From NCBI GenBank assembly GCA_013239625.1, contig MU054323.1:5383220-5447219 (forward strand): 64,000 nucleotides of DNA. Reading direction: 5' to 3'. Made by a program: the position numbers and the translations under genes. This DNA comes from Lama guanicoe (Eukaryota). This document shows, piece after piece, positions 54,627 through 64,000 of the stretch (position 1 is its first letter; the number at the start of each line of letters is the position of its first letter). Under the pieces are notes generated by a model. The model did no database searches, was not told the origin of the DNA, and saw only the letters and a list, made by a program, of their open reading frames with translations.

Positions 54627-55778
54627 TGTGATGACTGATTTTATGTATCAACATGACTGGGCCATGGGGTGCCCAGATATTCGTCCAGACATTATTCTAG
54701 GTGTGTCTGTGAGAGTGTTTCTGGATGAGATTAACATTTGCATCAGCAGACTGAGTAAAGTGGACTGCACCCCCTAATGTGGGTGGCCCTCACCCAATCA
54801 GTTGAAGGCCTGACAAGAACAGAAAGGCTGCCCCCCCCTTTTTTTCACTTTAAGCAAAGTTTTTATTTTCAGTGAAAAAGTACATTTTCTCATTTTCTGT
54901 TCTTGGCATAAACTTTAATTCTTCCCAGTAGAACCAAAGCCTCCTGAACCCCTTTCCTTCTCATCTAAAACTTGAACTTCCTCTATTTCTGGGTAAAAAA
55001 TCCTTTTCATAAATGAGCCATGCAATTCAATTGCCCTTTTCAAATTTAAACTTTTCTTTGCCAAAATTAAATAGTGCAACACCAACATTTCCTCTGTAAT
55101 CTTCATCTATGACACCAGCTCCTACATCTATGAAGTGTTTTGCAGCCAAGCCTGAACATGGAGCTGCTCCTCCATAGCACCCAGAAGGGAAAGCTATCTG
55201 AATGCTGGTTTTCACAAGGACCTTCTGCGTAGGTGGCACCACGTAATCACAGGCACTTTACGGGTCATAGCCCGTGGCGCGCGTGGACCCCTTGGTAGGG
55301 GTGATGAGGTGATCCGAGAGCTGGGCAAAGCGGAGCCGTGTGCCGCCCTCCTCCACGGCAGGCCGGGGCCGCTTGCTGGGGGAGATGGCTTGTGTCTCTT
55401 GAGAGCAGGGCAGGGCAGGGCAGAAAGTGAGCGCAACAGGGTGCAGGGGAACAAGAGAGAGGAGGATGAGCCCAGCAGTCAGGCACACAAGTCTGGCCCT
55501 TTCTGAAGTAAGAGGAAACTTCTATCTGACTGCCAAAGCTGGGACATCAGCCTTTCCCCGCCTTTGACCTTGAACTAAAACACTGGCTTTTCCTGGGTCT
55601 CCAGCCTGTTGGCTTTTGGACTGACCTACGTCATCCACTCTCCTGGGCCTCCAGCTTGACAACTACAAGGTCTTCTTAGCCTCCATCATTGTGTGAGCCA
55701 ACTCCTTACAATAAATAAATAGATAAACAGACAGACAGACAGACAGACATATCCTGTTGGTACTGTTTCTCTGGAGAA
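54627..55778 (+). mobile_element. MLT2 (ERV-L) solo LTR split by the DUT retrocopy
   Basis: tgtgatgactgattttatgtatcaacatgactgggcca...caatcagttgaaggcctga; resumes gaagtaagagg...gtttctctggagaa. Confidence 0.9.
54839..55489 (-). pseudogene. DUT: Processed pseudogene of dUTPase (nuclear isoform)
   Basis: Intronless PCSQETQAISPSKRPRP...LRFAQLS...[23 protein letters not shown]...RIFYPEIEEVQVLDEKERGSGGFGSTGKN. Start codon is CTG (55413), in-frame stops at 55258-55260 and 55027-55029, +1 frameshift near 55005, AATAAA at 54862-54867 and oligo(A) remnant at 54839-54845. Confidence 0.97.
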
Positions 55779-56184
55779 AAGGGCTGCCGTAACAAAATGC
55801 CACAGACTGGGGGACTTAAACAGCAGAAATGTATTTTCTCACTGTTTTGGAGGCTGGATGTCCAAGATCAAAGTGTCGGTAGGTTTGGTTTCCACTGAGG
55901 CCTCTCGCCTCTCTCCCTAACTTACAGACGGCCGCCTTCCCGCTGTGTCCTCACATGGCCTTTTCTCTCGACATGAACATCCCCAGTGTGTCTCTTGTGT
56001 CCTAAACTCTTCTTCTTATAAAGACACCAGTCAGATTGGACCGAAACCCACCCAAACAGCTTCATTTAAACTTAATTACCTACCTAAAGGATCTATCTCC
56101 AAATTCAGTCACATTCTGAGGTACCAAGAGTTAGGGCTTCTACAGAAGAATTTTCAGGAGACACAACTAAGTCATAACACATAC

Positions 56185-56460
56185 CTAGTGTCTTAGCTTA
56201 TGGAAATACTCTTCTATCATTTCCTCCTTCCTCCACTATTGCCACCTTCCAGTCCATCTACAATGTTAAAGTAAGCTTTCTAAAATCCAAATCAGATCAG
56301 GCATTATCTATTTAATTTGGCCTCTTAAGTCCTTAATGCTTCATTGTTTACAGGACCTAGCGAAAAGTCTTTAACCAGAAAATACCAAGATATTCTGGGT
56401 CTTGCCTTTAACTACCCCTTTCTAGCTTCATCTCTCATCATTCTTCCTCATTGGCTCTAT
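56185..56460 (+). mobile_element. L2 fragment (continuation of the L2 at ~54460-54600)
   Basis: ctttctaaaatccaaatcagatca and tcattgtttacagga are L2 motifs, collinear with atcagtcaccaagtcc...aaatatttctcaaatccatc before the LTR nest. Confidence 0.7.
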
Positions 56461-59400
56461 TTGTAGCCAAGCCAGAAAAATCTCTCCAGAGATCATTCAT
56501 CTTTTTGTTCAACTCAGAGGCTTTTTAAACTATCCTTTGAGATGTGCAGCCTCCCTGAACACATACCTTCTGGCCACTGCTACATAATTATCAGTAGATC
56601 TGAATCCTCCTCTCCAGACAGAATAAAACTCCAATATTGCTTTTCATCCAAATAAAAAACTTAAATAAATTAACTAGCCCATTAAATATTTGCTGGATAC
56701 CTGCTTTAGATCCAGCCCTTTCCTAGGGACCAAACCACCCAGTCTATACTGGGAGGTGGGAAATGTGCATGATATAAAAGAAGTAACAATACAATCCATA
56801 CCCTCTTGGCCTTCTCCCAGAGATGACCAACAGAGACAATCCATCCACCTCTATTGCTGAGGATTTGGTAGAATCAATGGTTTAAAGTAAATTGAAACAC
56901 ACTATCTAACAGAATAGCAAATTTTCTTCTGGCATAACATACACAACAAACCAGTAATAGCCAGCCCCTGCAGTCCAAGATTTGCTACCTAGAAATAGTC
57001 ATATCCAGAAGTAACAGGAGTGACAGTCTAAAGACCCAGACCATTTATCAGGACAGTGATTTCAAAATCTTAGTGTAGGTGGATTTATAAGACCAATAAG
57101 CCATCACTACCACATTCTACAGTAAAGCACTGTAGATCCCAAGGAAGCCTGGGGAGTTGAAAACATTGTGTACCTATGGTTATGTGGGTAGGGGTGATGT
57201 GCTTGGGGGCTACCCATTAGCTGAAGTCTACACACTGAAACTTCCATTACAACTTCAATACCTTAAGTTAAATTAGGCAGTTAAATGCCATCAGTCAATT
57301 TCTCCTTCCCTGTCAAAACAACAAGCCACGGTATCACTACTGTTAATTGCCTGAACAAGCTGCTTACATGGAGAAATAACACCATCACAGAAGAGATCCA
57401 CAATGCCTTCCTTGGATTTCCAACTTCAATTTTTTTTAGGATGTTAAGGTCAGATGAGTAACATTTCACCAAAAGGAAACAGTCTTTTCTGAGTCTTAAC
57501 TAACTCAGCAACCTAAATAGAGCAAGCATAGGGAAGGGGAGAGAATACGCAAGGGGATTTGAAAAGGTGCTATTGGTTGGCTAAACTGCACTTAAAAGGT
57601 GCAAAGGAGAACAGATGAAGTCATGGTAGAAAAAAAGTCTTGCTAATAATTCCCAAGCTGCCAGCACAGAGACTATAACTACCGTATTCAGAGAAAATAC
57701 GAAGATATGATATATTAACTTCTGGGTGAATGACCAGGCCACATAGCTCTGGGTGTTCTAAAATGTGAAGGCAACTGTTGTCATAGCATTTCTGGAGTGA
57801 TAACTCATGTAACATTGCCCTGTTCAGCTGATGCAAATGGAGGCTGAAATGGGAATAACATCTCCAGGAAGTCCCCCGTGGTCCGGATGACGGCAGCACC
57901 TGCGAATTTTTCTGGTCTACAGTTCAACTATGGGGTCCTCATCCTGAACTTTCTGTTCTGAATGCATCCAACCTTGAATACGAAATGATGGATCTCCTTA
58001 GATTTTAAGCACCCCCGACACTGTATTCCATTAATAAATATTCATTTTCCTTTTCTCCCTCCAGTAGCATTTTCTCATCAATCATGGCTGAAGCCGGAGC
58101 TGTGAAAGCCCTTTATGCCTTACTGTGCATCGCTACATGATTCTGTGCATCCTTAAGAAATTATGAAATTATTGAAGACTGGGCGTGAACCTTTTGTTTG
58201 GTGTTGTTCTTAATCGTCACTGAGTCTGTGTTTATTCCCAGAATGAAACCACTTTGTTGTTGTTGTTGGGGTTTTTTTCCCCCTTCGTTTTCTTCTAGCA
58301 CATGTATAAATCACTCCATTGGATTCTACTGTCTTGTAAAAATAAAAACGATCCCCAAATGTTCAAGAATTACTCAGGGACTATTCGGTGTTCAATATGT
58401 CAAAGCAGCCAAGACAGACAGTCAGGAAGAAGATTAGAATCAATGAAGAAAAATCCATCCTGGGCACAAGCTGTCCTGCTGCCAGCGCTGGAGGGGAAGG
58501 CCTGCTCACCCGGCACTCTCATTACTGGGAGAAAAAGTCTTCCAGCATGAGCAGGGAGGAGGCTGCAGTCTCTGCTGCCTGAGTTCTTAGCACAAATCTA
58601 CACTGCATTTTGTCAAAACGGATACGCCTATGGAGTGGCCATCCGCTGCACAGTTTTAAAGATCTCCTTTACCTCTCTGCTGCCTCCAGACAAGGACCAG
58701 TCACTGGGGCCACAGCAGGGGCTCAGGGATAACCCAGAAAGCTGAGATGCCGAGATCTCCACTTATTTCCTGCTGGTCCACCGACATCAGAGGCTCGCTG
58801 CCTGGGGCAGGCCTTCTGCTCAGCACCGCCACTCTTCTCGTCCGTCCATCCCGCACTGGGTATCATCCCGTCTCCTCCTACCCTGTTCGAACTCATTCCA
58901 CAACTGGGGGACTTTAAAAGGTCATTTTAAATCTGCCTGGATTTCAAATATGAAAACTGGCTCAAGTATTTAGATAGAATTAGATAATAACAGATTATGG
59001 CGGCAAAAATGGGATCAATGAGCACATCACAAACCGATAGTCCAGAAGCACCTTCGTTGGTCATGGCCCCGTGTCAGGCTGCACGTTTGCAAAAGCAGCT
59101 TCTGGAAACCACAGGGTGGCTACAAGCGCTGAAGGCAGAAATTGGGGCAGGCTTACACTGAAGACAGCAAAAACTTGGAGCAAACAAGCTCCCCCTTCCC
59201 CTTCCATGGAAAACCTAGGAATATGCTGGAATAGGTATCTACTCCTAATGCCTTGCTAGACTCACACAACTGCAAAAGGAATCCCAGCCTTGGCACCTGT
59301 CTAGGTTGTCTCTAAAGGCACTTTCAAATCTTTGACACTGAGACTTCCTGTTCTGGAAGGAAAGTAAATTCAGTGCTTCTGGATGGAATATAGGGTCTGC

Positions 59401-60880
59401 TTGAGTCCCTACCCCGAATCAGAAACCCCAAGCTCTTTAAAGCTGCATGAAGAGGGAGATGTATCAAGTCAGCTTCCTCATTCACATTTTGGAAAACTGA
59501 TGCCCCGGAATGATAAGAAACTGGCCCCAAATTATGCATTCAGGTGGACATGTGCCCAGGTCTGGGAGCCATGTCTCTGGGTTTCCATACCTAGACTCTG
59601 TCCCCCCGACATCTTAAGTGGGGATGATATGGGTGGTGGGTTACTCCTTTCTGCTGAAAGCTGAACGATGAATATAGCTTCCATCAGCTTGAAAAATAGA
59701 GCCAGGATGGCTACAGAACCCATCCAGGAGAACCTGCGGCCCGTAGTCACTGAAGCACAAGTCTTTTAACAAAGACCTCCCCAGTTGTGTCTCAGGAAGT
59801 GTCACCAATACCTGTTGTGATTCGGACTGTGTGATTTGAGATTTTACCCTGGTTTCTTCCTTTGTGAAATAATACAGAGACCCTACTGTTCTTACAAAGA
59901 TGTTGGAAGATTAATGATTAATTATGAGCACATAGAATTTCATAGAGATTACTTTTCAATTTTACATTATTATTTTCAGCAAAACCTTTGTTATGATTAT
60001 GCGTCCAACAAGTAACACTAAATATTGGAAGGTTTCTTTTTAACTTTAAAGATGACAGTTGCAATCTGAATAAAATAACTTAATACAGTAAAAGCTCATC
60101 AAGCATTCCACAATTATACTTGACACGCACAAATCTCCAAAACTGGATGCCCAATATGACAAATTTCTGACAGGCTTCCAGTCCTCCACATCATGGCCAA
60201 CAAGGACAGGCTGCTGGCACCCTCCCCAACCAACTGTGAAGAAGCCAGAAGGGAAAAAAGAAGCTTGTGTATTTAAGAGAGGTGCTCAAACATTAAGCAA
60301 AATGTGTGTGAGGTTTCTGGGGAGACAGGAAAGTGATGGGTAAGTCTGGGCAGCGGCCTACAGTGGGGCAGGCCGGGGATCAAGCGGGAGACAGCTGGTA
60401 TTCCACTCGGAGCCCCAGGGTAGCCCCAGCATGCTAATTCGTGGCTTGCTTCCTCCCAGGGTGGAAATGCAGCTGTTTCCATCTCCCCAACCATTCTACG
60501 CCCGTTACCACAGAGGCAGACACCCTGGAAGGGAGCACTAGGGAATTCTGGGAGCAACAGGGAGCACTAGAAAGGGCACAAAAATGATGGAGTGTAAAGA
60601 GCAACACCAGGGTTTCCACATCCCCGAGTGGAACAATCTGGGATCTAAGGTTTGCTCCTCCATCCTGATGGCACTACCAGCCAAGACAGCTGCTGATCAC
60701 AAGAGTGGAAGAGGTGAGCTCCTGGGGAAAAGTGAGGTGTCTAAAGACAACATGGGCTATTTAAGAAAAAAAAGACAACAAATGGAACAACTAACAGCAG
60801 AAGACAGAATTTCTACCAAAAGGAAAACAGTTAGGTCTTTAATATGCTTGGAATTTATTTTCTTAAGATATAATAATGAG

Positions 60881-61056
60881 GAGGGAGGGTATAGCTCAGT
60901 GGTAGAGTACGTGCTTAGCATGCACGAGGTCCTGGGTTCAATCCCCAGTACCTCCATTAACATAAATAAACAGATAAATAAATAAGCCTAATTATGCCCC
61001 CCCAAAAAAGTCCTGAAAAAATAAAAATTAAAATTTTAAAATATATATACATCTGT
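60881..61056 (+). mobile_element. tRNA-Ala-derived SINE (camelid vic-1-like) with 13-bp TSD
   Basis: tRNA head with A box (tagctcagtgg) and B box (ggttcaatcc), A-rich tail, TSD atataataatgag at 60868-60880 and 61057-61069. Confidence 0.92.
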
Positions 61057-61149
61057 ATATAATAATGAGCTAATTCTTCTCAAAAGTTGACTATTGATCT
61101 ATTCCTTTTACCTGTCTCTGTGACATACCAACTTCAAATATACATGTGG

Positions 61150-62030
61150 ATTAAAAAAAAAAGAGATTGTGAAAGGCAATAGCATTAACAGAAGAAACAT
61201 GTAATACATGTTTACCTCAGATTGGACAGTCATTTACCTTATAGTGGGAAAGACTTTATTAAACAAAACTCAAACTACATAAATCGTGAGAGAAAAAAAC
61301 TAAACAGAAAAAGATTCCTGTACCTCAAAGGCCACTCTGTGTGAAGGCAATAATGGAAGCAGCCTGGGAGATATTAATAAGGAATTATTATCTGGGTATA
61401 TGAAGGATTTCTGTAAATCATCTAGACAAGATAAGAAGCCCAATACAATACAGATAAACGGTAAGAAGAGGCAACTCAGAGGGGATCCAAAAGGCTAATA
61501 ATAGGTGCTCAGACTCAGTAATCATTATTGTAATCATCTGATAAGCAAAATTAGAAAGTAGGCAAAACTAGTGTTGGAAACAAATAGTCATGCACGACCG
61601 GTGCCTTTCAGGAGAGAATCTGGTAAAAGTTACTGAAATTAACCATACACATAGACGGTGATTCCCATTCATCCTATCCCTGATCTGATGTCCCAGAGAA
61701 GCCCTCTCATAGGTCCCTAAGAAGACATTTGTGAGGATGTCCACATCGTTTGTGACAGCAGGGGACACAACCAAGGTGCTCACGACTGGAGAACAGAAAC
61801 ATGAGATGCGGTGTAAGCTTACTGAGAAATACTCTGCCGCAGTCAGAGATCATCAACCAGTTTTGCACGGAATAACACGACAGTATAAAGCAAAGAGAGA
61901 GAAGGATTTCCTCTCTGAATCGGGAGGACATCCGTTATAGACACTGGAGGGAGGGCCTATGCACGAGGGGAATGGGAACTGGAGTTCAAAAGGAACATAA
62001 TTAAAATTAAATGAAACAAAAGAGGTGCCT
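61150..62030 (+). mobile_element. Ancient L1 (L1ME-like) ORF2/3' remnant
   Basis: A-rich; gacatttgtgaggatgtccacatcg, gaaatactctgccgcagt and aagaggcaactcagagg resemble the L1 ORF2 end. Confidence 0.7.
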
Positions 62031-62569
62031 TGCACAAATAATGGTGGCATGACATATTCATTTGTGCATGCATTCACTCATTCATCGTAAATACGCGTTG
62101 AGTGCCCACTGGTGCCTGGTAAGTACACTAAGATCACCAAGTTGAGCTCCTGCCCTCAGGCAACTTCATACCAGTGGACTGACAAACAGAACTGACGACT
62201 GTGAGTACATCAACCCTGGGCTTCTAAGACTCTAAGGGAAATTGAGATGGTGATAAAAATTATGTAGGTGGTGCTGAGAGATGATGGTGATGATGGTGAT
62301 GATGACATTACATGTGAGGAGACACAACCTAAGTTTAAGCATTCCCAAGCCTCACCAGCATATGTATTTAAATGGAATGAACTTAGGAAAGCTGGATCTT
62401 GGAGCTTGGTGAATTTCCTCTGGAGGACATTGAAGACTGCCTCACCATAACACAGAATTTCCCTGTGGGAGGACTTCAAGTGCCCAGTGGCATTTCTCAT
62501 GCCCTGCTCTGTCCCCCAGGTGCACACAGCACTCATATGGCAGATACAGAAAAGAAACAAAATACTTAC

Positions 62570-62718
62570 CTGATTAGTCCATTCTTCCTAGTGTCACCAT
62601 TCATTAGGTTTTTCCCCTGGCGCCTAAACACAGCCCAGCCTCCAGCACTATGCTGGATTCTGTTTCCTATGAGTGGATCTGCCTCTAATCCAGGTGGCCA
62701 AAGGCAAAAGATGAATTC
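62570..62718 (-). other. Candidate exon with a perfect U1-complementary donor
   Basis: CAG|GTAAGTAT donor (intron begins 62569); possible acceptor ctttctttttacaag|G at 62719; one frame is open across the 149 nt; ATG at 62604 gives MNGDTRKNGLI plus 2 nt. Confidence 0.4.
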
Positions 62719-62833
62719 CTTGTAAAAAGAAAGCGTGATGGTCAATGTAAGAGTTGTTTCACCAAATCCTTGCTACTCTGGGTCCTTCCTTCAAAGCAAT
62801 AGCTTTGCAACCTCAGAAGTGGCAAAGGATGGT

Positions 62834-62922
62834 AGTGCGTGCGTGTGTGCACGTGTGTGTATGTGTGCATGTGCGCGTGTATGTGTGCATGTGCGTATGT
62901 GTGTCTATGCGCACACGTGTGC
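62834..62922. repeat. Alternating purine-pyrimidine (TG/CG/CA) tract
   Basis: gtgcgtgcgtgtgtgcacgtgtgtgtatgtgtgcatgtgcgcgtgt..., visible directly. Confidence 0.9.
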
Positions 62923-64000
62923 TTGCAGGCAGTGGAGGTGGTGGGGGGTGGGGAATATAGAGGAAATTAGAATATCCTCCAGAGACAACACCTAACCTCA
63001 AGTTTGGGGCCAAGATATCTCAGACTTAAAGATTCTTCTCAGAAATTCAATTTCTCAGGAAAGGGGCTCATTTCCTTAAGACTGTGCCACGTGCTATTCC
63101 TTAGACAGTAACCTTCCTAGATCCTGCATCCATCTCATATGCCTTCCTTCTTTCTGCCTACACCTTTTCCCACTTCATCTGGATAGGAGACACAGTCAAA
63201 TACACCCAGACTATGGATAATGGCTGAGACTGCAGGCAGGCAGGAATTTCTGGAACAAAAGGTGGGCACTTCTTCAGGGTCAGCGCATAGGCACTTAAAA
63301 TCTCAGACACAAGGGCTTTGAAACATCACAATATCCTCCAGCTCTGGCAAAGGTACAGGGACGTGAGCCCTGTCACAGCACTTGGCAATGCCTTTCAGGG
63401 ACTTCCTGTACGGCCACAACCTCTGACCACTAATTGCTCTTACGGAAATTTATACATAGGAGATTATCAGAAATATGGCCGAAGATTGACAGTTAGGAAT
63501 ACTTAATGCACCATCTTGTTTGTGACCCACATTTGAGGTCTTCCTGTCTTTTGAAAATTAAATAAAATTATCTTAAGGCTCTATGTCACATGCTATGGAA
63601 ATTCCAACATCTTCCTCAAGATTTCTGATAATTCTCAGGGCTTGAGCTTTAAGTTCCTGTAATGAGTGCACTCAAAATCTTCCCAACATTCATCTAAATG
63701 CAGAGCTTTATGCCAACGGAGGTTGGGGATACAGTCCCTTTTCTTGACTTTCTCTCCAAAACAAACATGTGGAATTTCTAACTGTTTCAGGATTTAGAAA
63801 GGAATCAGGAAAATGAACAGAATATAGACCCAGGGATACAAAGACTTTGAGTTTGAAAATTAAAAAATTTTAAATTCTCAAAAAATTCCTTCAGCCTTCC
63901 AGAATTTTGATTCCATGCTATCACCTGTAATGTCATTCAGTTCACTCTCCTTTTTGTTTTAATCACTTTACCTCTCCTACTTCTCTACTTGCCCCAATGC

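Larger units (their letters stand above)
54608..56179 (-). mobile_element. MLT1B-like MaLR LTR split by MLT2 (pieces 54608-54626 and 55780-56179)
   Basis: tagtttgctagggttgc ... agggctgccgtaacaaaatgccacagactggg...cataaca; flanked by catac at 54603-54607 and 56180-56184. Confidence 0.85.

Noticed and set aside
54915..55488. Functional or retroviral dUTPase CDS
   Set aside because: Lost ATG, two stops and a frameshift; UTRs and N-terminus are those of cellular DUT.
60884..60956. Functional tRNA-Ala gene
   Set aside because: Followed by a SINE body and A-rich tail and bounded by a 13-bp TSD, so it is a retroposed SINE.
62562..62572. U1 snRNA gene or pseudogene
   Set aside because: Identity ends after 11 nt and the following bases are not U1.
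1..64000. CRISPR arrays, operons or other prokaryote-type systems
   Set aside because: The sequence is mammalian and shows no regularly spaced direct repeats or gene-dense regions.

Overview
Mammalian non-coding genomic DNA, very likely camelid, since it carries a tRNA-Ala-derived SINE of the vic-1 type and camelid-style L1 3' ends. Much of the window is old interspersed repeat: L1, L2, L3/CR1, MIR, MaLR/ERVL LTRs and hAT MITEs. Repeat names come from remembered consensus sequences and their boundaries are approximate. No intact protein-coding gene is recognisable, and nearly all ORFs in the track are spurious. The one clear gene-derived feature is a full-length, disabled processed pseudogene of nuclear dUTPase (DUT, minus strand, ~54839-55489), the innermost layer of a four-deep nest: L2 > MLT1B > MLT2 > DUT retrocopy. 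All recognised L1 fragments lie on the + strand. Two unique segments end in strong minus-strand splice donors (24119 and 62570), both phase 2 from a nearby ATG. Together these suggest the window lies in the introns of a large minus-strand gene with alternative 5' exons, which I cannot name. The most anomalous unexplained stretch is a ~450-bp AT-rich but CpG-undepleted block (~32255-32700) that abruptly interrupts an L1 ORF1 remnant. I found no firm evidence of a new multi-gene system.
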